In this document: in pieces, positions 1 through 8,908 of the stretch
Position numbering within the stretch: the first letter of the stretch is position 1
How the letters are laid out: each line of letters starts with the position of its first letter
Origin: Polyangiaceae bacterium
Lineage (GTDB): Bacteria; Myxococcota_A; Polyangia; Polyangiales; Polyangiaceae
NCBI GenBank assembly: GCA_044222475.1
Contig: JBGANF010000067.1
Coordinates: 1-41,081 of the forward strand
Length of the DNA stretch: 41,081 nucleotides
Reading direction: 5' to 3'
Made by a program: the position numbers and the translations under genes
Notes under the pieces: model-generated
What the model was told of the DNA's origin: nothing
Databases searched by the model: none
Seen by the model: only the letters and a program-made list of their open reading frames with translations

Positions 1-93
1 TCGCTCGGCGTGGGTCTCGTCCTGACGATCATCGGCGTGGTGATGGTCCACGACACGGCGCGGTCTCACTTGGCGTTCAGCGCTCGGTTTTGA
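1..93 (+). CDS. 3' end of a CDS running in from the left edge (hydrophobic C-terminus)
   Basis: Frame 1 is open from base 1 and reads SLGVGLVLTIIGVVMVHDTARSHLAFSARF, then TGA at 91-93; GC3-rich codons. Confidence 0.55.
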   Translation, partial: SLGVGLVLTIIGVVMVHDTARSHLAFSARF

Positions 94-219
94 GAGAACC
101 GCCACGAGCGCCAGGAGCGCCAGGGACGTACGCGATCGAAGAGGGTGGGTGCGGTCGCATCGCGTGACCAACCCTCTCCCTTCTCTTGGCGCTCCTGGCG
201 CTCCTGGCGGTTTTCTCTC
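92..219. repeat. Intergenic long inverted repeat with nested stems (REP/REPIN-like)
   Basis: Left arm gagagaaccgccacgagcgccaggagcgccagg (92-124) pairs with right arm cttggcgctcctggcgctcctggcggttttctctc (185-219). The arms are built of 9-bp units. An inner stem gagggtgggt/accaaccctc is also present. Confidence 0.8.
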
Positions 220-310
220 TTCGGGTGATCCGGAATGGAGCGAGCGCGTCACCGAGCCACCCGATTTGCCGACGAAATCGGGTGGAACGGCGGTTGCAAA
301 GTGTCGACGC

Positions 311-1387
311 ATGCTCACCCAACACGAGTTTCGGAAGCAGATCACCGAGAGCGCAAAGACGACCCTCGACGCCATCACCGAAGACGGTGAGAGCCCGCGC
401 GCGCTCTTCTTCGCCGCGTTCCTCGTCGACCTCGGATCGACCGAGCCCGATCTCGTGTCCGCCGCGAAGCGCTTCGCGATGTGGCACGCGATGCAGGATC
501 CGGCCGCCGCCCGCACGCGCCTCGTCAACGAAGGGTGCCTCGCATTTCTGACGAACACCTGGTCCGGCCTCGGCGAGTCCCACTACGACGGCCCCGAGCT
601 CCTCGTGTTCGCCGATTGGCTCATCGCGCTCACGACCACCGCCCACGAGATCGGCGAGCTCCCGTACGCGTTCGGCAACTGGGAGCCGAGCTGGCGCAGC
701 GTCGGCCGGCGCGCCGTCGCCGCGTGCGTGAAGCTCGCCGCCGAAGCCCTGAAGCGCGACCCCGAGAACGAGTCCGCGCTGTACCTCTACGCGCAAGACG
801 ACTTCCGCGCGCGGGCGAAGGTCCGCGGTGCGCCCGTCTCGTCGTCGCTCGAGGCTCAGGTCGCGAAGGTGAAGAAGATCCTCGCGATGCACCAAGAGGA
901 CGTGGTGCATCCGCTCGACGTTCCGAGCCTCGACACCATCCCGGTCGCACACCCCGCGATCGTCGACGCGCTCCTCGAAGGCCTCGAGAAGACGCCGCGC
1001 GCGCGGCATCGGATCATCGACGCGCTCGGGCGCGCGACGGTCGAGATCGAGCGCGTCGTCGCCGCGTTCATCACGGAGATCGAGACCGGCGACGCGCAGC
1101 GCATCGACGACGTGGCGATGGCGCTGCATTACGGGCTACGGAAACGCGGCGTCGCCGCGCTCGAGCCGCTGATACGCGCCGGAACGAAGCTCGTGGCCGA
1201 GCTCACCCCGAGCGAATCGGACTATCGGCATCAATGGGCGCTTCGCGCCGCGCTCACGCTCCGCAAGTACGCGCGGGGTGAGACGCGCGCGCGCGCCGAC
1301 GCGGCGATTCGCGAGCTCGTGGTGGCGAGCGAGGCGATGCCCCGGTGGAAGCGCGAGCGCCTGACGGAGCTCCGCGCCGACGCGTGA
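311..1387 (+). CDS. Hypothetical protein, predicted alpha-helical
   Basis: ORF 149..1387. ATG at 311 (MLTQHEFRKQ) chosen because the upstream part overlaps the inverted repeat. Typical codon bias, no motif recognised. Confidence 0.7.
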   Translation: MLTQHEFRKQITESAKTTLDAITEDGESPRALFFAAFLVDLGSTEPDLVSAAKRFAMWHAMQDPAAARTRLVNEGCLAFLTNTWSGLGESHYDGPELLVFADWLIALTTTAHEIGELPYAFGNWEPSWRSVGRRAVAACVKLAAEALKRDPENESALYLYAQDDFRARAKVRGAPVSSSLEAQVAKVKKILAMHQEDVVHPLDVPSLDTIPVAHPAIVDALLEGLEKTPRARHRIIDALGRATVEIERVVAAFITEIETGDAQRIDDVAMALHYGLRKRGVAALEPLIRAGTKLVAELTPSESDYRHQWALRAALTLRKYARGETRARADAAIRELVVASEAMPRWKRERLTELRADA

Positions 1388-1515
1388 GGAGCCGGGCGCA
1401 TGCGCCGAGGCGTGCGCGGCCCGCGTCACCGCATTCCCGAGGAGCGGAGCGAGATCCGCGTGTCGGGTCGCCGGCCGATCCGCAAGACCCTGCACAGACG
1501 GATCGCGAAGCGAGG

Positions 1516-1521
1516 TATGCT
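1516..1521 (+). promoter_or_regulatory. Putative -10 box TATGCT of a leaderless promoter
   Basis: 6 nt before ATG 1528, no Shine-Dalgarno sequence. Confidence 0.45.
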
Positions 1522-1527
1522 CTCACG

Positions 1528-3081
1528 ATGACGAAGCGCGTCGCGCTCTCGCTCCTCGTCCTGTGTGCATGCCGCAGCGGCGGTCCTTCGCCGACGCCAA
1601 CGGCCGCCACGTCGAGCGCGCCTCCCCCGGTCGCTGCGACGACCGCCTCGGCGGAGAACGAGTGGCACGCGTTCAAGCCGGCGCCGACGATCGGCAGCGA
1701 GGGTTGGAAGGGCGATCCCCGGCCGATGTACGAGTGGGTGAACGGCGACGCGGGCGCGACGTGCACGGTACACGTGCTGAAGACCGGCGCGTTCTACACC
1801 TGCGGAGGGAGCGTGGCGCGCTTCGACGCGGCGCGCCTCGATTTCGAGCCGTTCCGCGCGCTGCCCGTTGGAACGAACCTGCCCGTCGAGGTCTACGGGG
1901 CATGGCCCGACGATCTGTGGATCAAGACGGACCCGCCGTACACCGAGCACCCCCCGCCGAACGCAGCGCCGACGCAGGTTCGCCTTCATGCGGGTTCGTT
2001 CACGGTCTACCCCACCGCGTCTCGTCCTACGGCATACAAGGGCGGCTACCTGATCTTCCTACCTGAGCAGGGCACCGGGCTTCCGAAGCTCGCAGGCGTT
2101 GGCGTGGACGGCCCGGATTTCTCCTCGCTCGAGCGTCAGCTCGGGTGGCCCGAACGGGACGCCAACGAGTGGGGTTACGCACTCGACCCTAAGGGACCTG
2201 TCTGGGTCTTCCTACGCGCGCTCGATCTCGCGACGAAGAAGCGCGCGATTGGCGTCTTGCGTTGGGCGCCCGGCGAGACGGCGCGGTTCGACCGGCTGCC
2301 CGCCCCGTTCGACAAGGGCGAGCGATCCATCTATGTCACGCATCCGAGCGCCGAAGGCGATCGCGTGTCTTTCGAGGTCACGACCCAGCCCGACGACATC
2401 GCGCACCTCACGCAAGCGGAAGCGAAGCGCAACTCGGATTGGATCGTCAGCTACGACGGAAAGAAGTGGTCCGCGGTGCGGAAACCGGACGTCTCGTCGG
2501 GTGCGTCGCCAACCGAAACCGAAGGGGATGGCGCGGAGATCGGCGGGTATCGGATGAACGGCGCAGGCCTCCTCGAGGTTCAGGGGGAAAGCGGTTGGGC
2601 GCCGCTCGACGGGTTTCATCGCGGGACGCTCTACGGGCTTGGTCCGAGCGATGTCGCCCTGTCGAACGAATCGACGCTCCTCCGCACGAAGCAGCCCGAC
2701 GAGATCCTCACGCTGACCGACGCGTGGGGCACCCCCCATCCATGGCCGAAGCCTGCGTCCGCTGACTGCAATCATCCGTTCGTGGTCCTCGACGTCCTTG
2801 AACGCCAGGGCGACTACGACGCGATCGTGAAAGCCGTGAAGGCGCGACCCTCGGTCGGGTGGGGCAAGATCCCGGAGAAGCTCGCGAGCGCTCGCGTCGT
2901 GGAGATGCGCATCTTCGGGCGCATCGTCATCGGCGCCTCGTTCAAGACGATGGTCGAAGCCGCGGACTTCGCGAAGGAGGCGACGCGGGCGTTCAAGGAC
3001 ACGTCGATCGGTCACGGCCGGGGAGGAACCGGCATCTACTGCGTCCACCCGATCGACGGAAAGCCGTTCGTCGCGCCGTGA
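1528..3081 (+). CDS. Hypothetical lipoprotein with Pro/Thr linker
   Basis: MTKRVALSLLVLCAC lipobox-like signal, PSPTPTAATSSAPPP linker, and a VYGAWPDDLW segment resembling myxobacterial beta-repeat proteins. Confidence 0.75.
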   Translation: MTKRVALSLLVLCACRSGGPSPTPTAATSSAPPPVAATTASAENEWHAFKPAPTIGSEGWKGDPRPMYEWVNGDAGATCTVHVLKTGAFYTCGGSVARFDAARLDFEPFRALPVGTNLPVEVYGAWPDDLWIKTDPPYTEHPPPNAAPTQVRLHAGSFTVYPTASRPTAYKGGYLIFLPEQGTGLPKLAGVGVDGPDFSSLERQLGWPERDANEWGYALDPKGPVWVFLRALDLATKKRAIGVLRWAPGETARFDRLPAPFDKGERSIYVTHPSAEGDRVSFEVTTQPDDIAHLTQAEAKRNSDWIVSYDGKKWSAVRKPDVSSGASPTETEGDGAEIGGYRMNGAGLLEVQGESGWAPLDGFHRGTLYGLGPSDVALSNESTLLRTKQPDEILTLTDAWGTPHPWPKPASADCNHPFVVLDVLERQGDYDAIVKAVKARPSVGWGKIPEKLASARVVEMRIFGRIVIGASFKTMVEAADFAKEATRAFKDTSIGHGRGGTGIYCVHPIDGKPFVAP

Positions 3082-3154
3082 CCGTCGAGGCGCGCGTGCG
3101 TCACGGATTTTCGCGAGCGCGAATCTTTCGTCGTTCTGATACGTCCAATCCATC

Positions 3155-3634
3155 ATGCTTCAGCCCTGCGCCGGTTGCCGCCGCCTCGTTCGCTCCGCCG
3201 ATGTCGAGTGTCCCTTCTGTCGCGGCCTGGCGCGCGACGGGGCGACCGCGCTCCCGCTCGCCCGCGCCGCGCGCGCGGCGATGCTCGCGTCGGTGATGAT
3301 CGGCGGGGCCGCGGCGTGCACCCCGAGCGAGACGACCGCGCCACCTTCGCCGACGACGACGCCATCGGCCGCCCCTTCCGACACGGGCGCGCTCGTCGCT
3401 GCGTACGGCGCGGTGATGCCTCCGCCGGACGAAGCGGGCGCGCCGCTCGTCGTCGATGCCGGTGCGCCTGCGCCGGTCCCGCCGAAGCCCGACGCAGCGA
3501 CTCCAAAGCCGCCACCGACCCACACGACGATCACGATGCCCGCGTACGGAATGGCGCCGGTGGCCGCGTACGGAGCCCCGCCGCTGCCGCCGAGCCCCAC
3601 GTCGACGACGCCGAAGCCGCAGCCCAAGCACTGA
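3155..3634 (+). CDS. Small Zn-ribbon (CxxC..CPFC), membrane-anchored Pro-rich protein with three AYG motifs
   Basis: PCAGCRRLVRSADVECPFC, hydrophobic stretch ending AAAC, then a low-complexity tail. The N-terminus resembles the protein at 38938. Confidence 0.75.
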   Translation: MLQPCAGCRRLVRSADVECPFCRGLARDGATALPLARAARAAMLASVMIGGAAACTPSETTAPPSPTTTPSAAPSDTGALVAAYGAVMPPPDEAGAPLVVDAGAPAPVPPKPDAATPKPPPTHTTITMPAYGMAPVAAYGAPPLPPSPTSTTPKPQPKH

Positions 3635-3668
3635 GTTCGTGGCGTGGCAGCGCGCTGGATTCCTGCAA

Positions 3669-4721
3669 TCACAGCTCGGTGCTGACCGAGCCGCGACCGC
3701 CGGTCGCGGTGGAGAAGCGCGCCGGCCACGCTGCCCTCAGACCCTCCACCCAATCGAGCGTCTCTTGGGTGCACTTCGAGTCGGGGCACACCGCGATGAA
3801 CGCCTGGCGAAACGACTTCGGGGCTTGTGCGACCGACGGCACGCGCGGCCCCAGCTTGGCGATCATCTCCTGCGGCGTGAGGGAGACCTTCTGCCCTTGA
3901 AACGTGACGCTGCCGACGGTGATCGATCGGGCGGACCAGGGATTGCCGGCTGGATCGGTCGCCGGCACGAAGCTCTGCGGGTTTCGCACGTAGAAGAAAT
4001 CGGGAAGACCTTGCGGGTCGAGGAGGCCCATCGAGTAGAGCTCCCAAGGAGCGTACGCGAGCGTGCTCACCGACGACGCCGTGAACGTGCCGTCCCCGTT
4101 GTCGACGGTGCGGTGGTACCCCATCGCCGAGGGACCACCCAGCCCGCTCACGATCGACCAGTGCGTGCGCGACGTGTCGAGAAGGAAGAACCGGTCGGGC
4201 TCGATCGCCGGCGCGTAGTACGCGCCCCAGCGGTGTCCGACCTCGTGAACGAGGACGTCGAGCGCGGGCATCGTGTTCGGTCCGTAGTACTTCTTGCCAT
4301 TCAAGAAGCAGATCGCCTGAAGTCGGCCCTTGCTGCCGGCGCGCGAAGTGCTGTCGCGACCTTTGCCTCCACCGAACGTGGCGTCGACGACGTCGAGGCC
4401 GATGCCTTCGATGTCGACCTTCAACGTCACGGTGAAGCCGGTCGCGTTCTTCACGAAGAAGTCCGACCAGATGATGAGGAAGTCGTAGTCGTCGGCGTGG
4501 GTTTGGTAGAAGTGCTTCGCGATGTCGTAGATCGCGTCGCCGGTGGTCACCTTCCAGTCGTCGCCGTCTCTCACGAAATCACCCGTATCGGGGACGGGCG
4601 CGATCGCGACGTTGGATGTTCCGGGCGCGGCGTCACCGCCATCGACGATGCCAGCGTCCGAACCGACGGCGACGGGGCCGCTGCAGGCGCAGAGAATGCA
4701 CAGCCCGACGATGCGCTTCAT
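3669..4721 (-). CDS. Lipoprotein with zincin HExxH motif, putative metallopeptidase
   Basis: MKRIVGLCILCAC lipobox; VLVHEVGHRWG zinc motif; later HWS and ELYSMGL. Alternative start at 4727. Confidence 0.75.
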   Translation of the reverse strand: MKRIVGLCILCACSGPVAVGSDAGIVDGGDAAPGTSNVAIAPVPDTGDFVRDGDDWKVTTGDAIYDIAKHFYQTHADDYDFLIIWSDFFVKNATGFTVTLKVDIEGIGLDVVDATFGGGKGRDSTSRAGSKGRLQAICFLNGKKYYGPNTMPALDVLVHEVGHRWGAYYAPAIEPDRFFLLDTSRTHWSIVSGLGGPSAMGYHRTVDNGDGTFTASSVSTLAYAPWELYSMGLLDPQGLPDFFYVRNPQSFVPATDPAGNPWSARSITVGSVTFQGQKVSLTPQEMIAKLGPRVPSVAQAPKSFRQAFIAVCPDSKCTQETLDWVEGLRAAWPARFSTATGGRGSVSTEL

Positions 4722-4889
4722 TGGCATGCCTTCGTCGTGAACACCGTCGCCGGCGCCACCACCAAGAGACCGCTCAGAGCGCGCGCCCACCGCATTTCGG
4801 ATGATTCTAGCCCACGAATGGCAGAGAGAGCCGCTCGAGCGAGATCGTCGTGGATCGCCACTTCAGTGCTGGATATCGTCGCCGACCCC

Positions 4890-5816
4890 ATGCGCGTCAG
4901 CGTCGTCATCGTCAACTGGAACTCCTGCGAAGACCTCGACACCTGCCTGGGTTCTCTCGCACGGCAAACCCACCGGGACCTCGAGATCATCGTGGTCGAC
5001 AACGGATCCTCGGACCGATCGTGCGCGCTCGTGCGCGAGCGTTACCCCGGCGTGCGCCTCGTCGAGACGGGAGAAAACCTCGGTTTCGCCGGGGGCTGCA
5101 ACCGGGGCATCGCGGTGGCCGACGGTGAGTGGATCCTCCTGCTCAACAACGACACATCGGTCGAACCCGACTGGGCGAGCGCGCTGGTCGACGCAGCGCG
5201 GTCGGTGCCAGCGCGGTGCGGGATGCTGCAGTCGATGATGGTCTACACGAGCCGGCCGGGGATCGTGAACACGACCGGCATCACTCTCCTGCGCGGCGGA
5301 GACTCCGTCGATCGAGGCGAGGGAGACTCGGTCGATCGGTGGCGCGACGCGAGCGAGATCTTCTGCCCGAGCGCTGGAGCGGCAGCCTACCGCCGCGCCA
5401 TGCTCGACGAGGTGAAGCTCAGCACCGGTTGGCTCGACCAAACGTACTTCCTCTACGTGGAGGACGTGGACCTCGGCTGGCGCGCCCGGCTCGCGGGGTG
5501 GTCGGCGAGGTACGTTCCCGACTCGGTCGTCCATCACAAGTGGCACGGGAGCTCCGATCGCCACGGCAAGCCGAAGCTGCACGAGCTCGTCACGATCAAC
5601 CGGCTGCGCACGTTCCTGAAGAACGCGTCGCCGGCGGCGTTTGCCCGCGCCACGCCGCGCTTCGTGGAGTCGACCGCCCAGATGGTGCGCGGGTCGGGGC
5701 CGCGGAGCCTCGTTCGCCTCCGCGCCGGCGCGCGAAGCTCATGGGCGCTCCGCGGCGAGGTCGACCGACTGCTACGCACCGAACGGCGAGCGGTCGAGGA
5801 TCGCTGGATGACCTGA
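4890..5816 (+). CDS. Glycosyltransferase family 2 (GT2)
   Basis: VSVVIVNWN, IIVVDNGSSD, NLGFAGGCN, LLLNND and YVEDVDLGWR motifs. Confidence 0.93.
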   Translation: MRVSVVIVNWNSCEDLDTCLGSLARQTHRDLEIIVVDNGSSDRSCALVRERYPGVRLVETGENLGFAGGCNRGIAVADGEWILLLNNDTSVEPDWASALVDAARSVPARCGMLQSMMVYTSRPGIVNTTGITLLRGGDSVDRGEGDSVDRWRDASEIFCPSAGAAAYRRAMLDEVKLSTGWLDQTYFLYVEDVDLGWRARLAGWSARYVPDSVVHHKWHGSSDRHGKPKLHELVTINRLRTFLKNASPAAFARATPRFVESTAQMVRGSGPRSLVRLRAGARSSWALRGEVDRLLRTERRAVEDRWMT

Positions 5817-5827
5817 CGCGCGCGTGG

Positions 5828-6469
5828 TCACGCGCGGCGGGAGATGAACACTCGCTTGTGGGTCTGCGCCCAGAGCAGATCGTGGAGCGGCCACGAGCGC
5901 CGCCGGCGGCCCAACGCTCGGTAGTCGAGCTCGCGGTCCACGACCGGCGTGAGGCCGGAGTCCCGCAGGGCACGCTCGATGCGGTCGGCCTCGACGTCGT
6001 CGAAGTACCGCCGGCCCATCCCCACCGACACGAACATCGTCCCGCCCGGCCCGACCATCTTCGCGACCTCGAGAGTCACGAGGATCGGATCACGGACGTG
6101 GCTGAGTACGTCGGAGAGGAGGACGAGATCGAAGGTGCCCTCCACGAGCTTGCTGGCGTCGGAGAGGAGACCCTTCACGAGCTGGTCGTAGTTCCCGGTA
6201 CGCCCGGCGCGGGCGAGCGCGCCCGCCGCGACGTCGATGCCCACCGCGCGTGGGAAGCGCTTTCCCGCGCGCCGTACGACCATGCGGAAGAAGTCGCCGC
6301 CCCCGCACCCGCAATCGAGGACCGACGTCACACCGGTCAGGTGGGGTGCGAGAAGGTCGAGCTTCTCGTGCTCGATGGGGGTGTTCTCGACGTCCCAAGG
6401 CGGCCGATCCGGATCCTTCCACGCGTCGTTGAGCGTGCGATCCAGCGCGTCGTCTTCGAGGCTTCGCAT
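5828..6469 (-). CDS. Class I SAM-dependent methyltransferase
   Basis: VLDCGCGGG motif I, GIDV, FDLVLLSDVLSHV. Confidence 0.88.
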   Translation of the reverse strand: MRSLEDDALDRTLNDAWKDPDRPPWDVENTPIEHEKLDLLAPHLTGVTSVLDCGCGGGDFFRMVVRRAGKRFPRAVGIDVAAGALARAGRTGNYDQLVKGLLSDASKLVEGTFDLVLLSDVLSHVRDPILVTLEVAKMVGPGGTMFVSVGMGRRYFDDVEADRIERALRDSGLTPVVDRELDYRALGRRRRSWPLHDLLWAQTHKRVFISRRA

Positions 6470-6470
6470 G

Positions 6471-7796
6471 TCAGCTGTTGACCTGGAAGAAGGTCCTGCC
6501 GGTTCCGCAGACGTTCCAGAGGTCGGCGACCCATGCGCCCTTGCTCACGCGCGCGTTCGGTCCTTCGAGGAGGTCACGCACGCCCGCGAACGCGCTGTGA
6601 TTGACGGCGATCACGACGACCTCGGCGCCGTCGAGCGCGCGGTCGAGCGGCCAGTTGACGAGGGTCTCGCCATATTCGCTCGGGAGCGGCCCCGCGATGT
6701 TCGGCTCGACGACGCGGAGCTCGCGCGGTACTTCGCGCTCCAGATAGCGGAGGAGCTTCGGTGTGAGCGAGTCGCGCGGATCGTCGGAGTCGCGCTTGAA
6801 CGCGTGCCCGAGCACGGCGACGACTTTGCCGGTGATCCCCGCTCGCTCGACGAGCGCGCGGCTCATGAAGTTCGGCATGTACTCGTTGACCCGCCAGGCC
6901 GCCACGAGCATGTCGGTGGTGGAGTGGTTTTCGGTGACCATGCCGAAGTCCTTGCGGAGGCAGCTCCCAGCCGCGAAGCCGGGGGTCGCGATCGGATCAC
7001 GCGGGTACTGGTGGTTCGCGAACGCGATGAGCGGATGGATGTCCTCGTCGAATCCGTCGGCGATCAGCGCGAACTGGTTCGCGAGCGCGAACGACACGTA
7101 GCGAGTCACGTTGTTGAACAGCTTGACGAGCTCTGCACCCACCATCGACGTGTGGAGCTGCGTGACGGGGAAGGCCGCGAAGAGCTTCGAAGCTCGGGAG
7201 CGCGCGAGGTCGTCGTCGGCGCCGATGACCTGCGGCAGCGTGAGGAGCTCCTCCAACGCCTTTCCTTCGATGAGCCGCTCGGGGCAAAACGCGACCGAGA
7301 AATCGCGGCCGGGCACGAGCTTCGTCTCGCGTTCGAGGAAACGGGCGACGTACGAGGTCGTCCGCGCCGCGACCGTGCTTCGGAGCACGATCGTCTGCCC
7401 GGGGCGAAGGCTCTTCGCGAGCCCTCGCGCGACGGCGGTGATCTGCGTCAGGTCGGCCTCGATGTGGGCGAGGAGCGGCGTGCCGACCGTCACGATCACG
7501 TAGCTCGGTGGATTCGCGGCGAGGTCGGCGGCGTCCGCGAGGACCTCGAGGCCCCACTTCTCGAGGAGCTCGTCGCATCCCCGCTCGATGAACGGCATCT
7601 TCCGCTCCGCGAGGAGGCGGCGCACCCGCTCGTCGCGCTCGACGCCGATGACCTCGAGGCCGCGTTCGGCGAGCGCGAGCGCCATCGGTAGGCCCACTCG
7701 GCCGAGGCCGACGACCGCGACGGAGGTTCCCTTCGGCGGCGGCTCCACCGCGCCCGGTGGGAGGATGCCGGAGGACGGAAGCCAGGACCGGCTCAC
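6471..7796 (-). CDS. Nucleotide-sugar dehydrogenase (UDP-glucose/GDP-mannose/UDP-ManNAc dehydrogenase family)
   Basis: VVGLGRVG Rossmann motif, VTVGTP, LRSTV, FCPERL, AELVKLFNN, catalytic GSCLRKD, FKRDSDDPRDS. GTG start overlaps the upstream stop. Confidence 0.92.
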   Translation of the reverse strand: MSRSWLPSSGILPPGAVEPPPKGTSVAVVGLGRVGLPMALALAERGLEVIGVERDERVRRLLAERKMPFIERGCDELLEKWGLEVLADAADLAANPPSYVIVTVGTPLLAHIEADLTQITAVARGLAKSLRPGQTIVLRSTVAARTTSYVARFLERETKLVPGRDFSVAFCPERLIEGKALEELLTLPQVIGADDDLARSRASKLFAAFPVTQLHTSMVGAELVKLFNNVTRYVSFALANQFALIADGFDEDIHPLIAFANHQYPRDPIATPGFAAGSCLRKDFGMVTENHSTTDMLVAAWRVNEYMPNFMSRALVERAGITGKVVAVLGHAFKRDSDDPRDSLTPKLLRYLEREVPRELRVVEPNIAGPLPSEYGETLVNWPLDRALDGAEVVVIAVNHSAFAGVRDLLEGPNARVSKGAWVADLWNVCGTGRTFFQVNS

Positions 7797-8908
7797 CGGG
7801 GCCTCTCTGCGAGGTAGGCCTCGATCGAGCGATCCACCTCGGCGTCGGTGAGCCCGGCACCCGAGGGAAGCGCGAGCCCGCGGAACGAGATCTGGTCGGT
7901 CACCGGGAGCGGACCGCCGGGACACCCGGCGAACGCCGGCAAACGATGGATGGGGTAGAACATCGGCCGCGTCTCGATCCCTCGCGTGCGCATGCGCTTC
8001 ATCACCTCGTCACGCGTCTCCTCGCCTTCGAGCGCTTCATCGGTGAAGACGACCATCCACGGGACGGCGACGTCGCCGGGCGGAACCTCCTGAAACCGGA
8101 TGCCAGGGAGCGCGGCGAGCGCGGCGCGGTAGCGCGCGTCGAGGCGCCGCTTGCGCGACGTGAGGTCGTCGGCGGCCTCGAGCTGGGCGAGGCCGATCGC
8201 GGCCTGCAAGCTCGTCATGCGGTAGTTGAAGCCGATCTCCGGGTGGAAGTAGCGCTTGGTCGTGCTCATCCCGTGGTTCTTGAGGAAACGAACTCGGTCG
8301 GCGAGGTCCCCACGACGCGTGGTCACCATGCCTCCTTCTCCGGTCGTCAGCGTCTTGTTTCCATAGAAGCTGAAGACCGCAGCATCGCCGAGAGCGCCCG
8401 CGCGGACGTTGCCCTGGGTCGAACCGAACGCCTCGGCCGCGTCTTCCACGACGGCGACGTCCGGCCGGTCTCGGAGGACTCGGCGGATGGCCGCCATGTC
8501 CGCGCAGACGCCGAAGAGGTGCACCGGGATCACGGCGCGCGTGCGCGGGGTCAGCTTCGCGGCGACGTCGTTGGGGTCGATGTTCCAGGTCTTGGCCTCG
8601 ACATCGGCGAACACCGGCGTCGCGCCGCAGTACTTCACGGCCGCGCCGGTCGCGACGAAGGACTGGGACGGGACGATGACCTCGTCGCCGGGACCGATGC
8701 CGAGCGCATGGAGCACGACGTGGAGCCCGACCGTACCGTTCGCGACGGGCTCGGCGAACGGCGCACCGACGTACGCGGCGAACTTCTCGGCGAACGACTG
8801 CACGAACGGGCCAGCGCTCGAGATCCACCCTTCGCGCACGGCTTGGGTGACGAGCTCGACCTCGCGTTGTCCGAGGAGGGGAGCGCACACGGGAATGAAG
8901 TCACTCAT
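7793..8908 (-). CDS. DegT/DnrJ/EryC1/StrS sugar aminotransferase (perosamine synthase-like)
   Basis: GWISSAG, NGTVGLH, IPVHLFG, EDAAEA, FSFYGNKTLTTGEGG (PLP lysine), GFNYRMT, LALPS. ATGA overlap with the upstream gene. Confidence 0.95.
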   Translation of the reverse strand: MSDFIPVCAPLLGQREVELVTQAVREGWISSAGPFVQSFAEKFAAYVGAPFAEPVANGTVGLHVVLHALGIGPGDEVIVPSQSFVATGAAVKYCGATPVFADVEAKTWNIDPNDVAAKLTPRTRAVIPVHLFGVCADMAAIRRVLRDRPDVAVVEDAAEAFGSTQGNVRAGALGDAAVFSFYGNKTLTTGEGGMVTTRRGDLADRVRFLKNHGMSTTKRYFHPEIGFNYRMTSLQAAIGLAQLEAADDLTSRKRRLDARYRAALAALPGIRFQEVPPGDVAVPWMVVFTDEALEGEETRDEVMKRMRTRGIETRPMFYPIHRLPAFAGCPGGPLPVTDQISFRGLALPSGAGLTDAEVDRSIEAYLAERPR

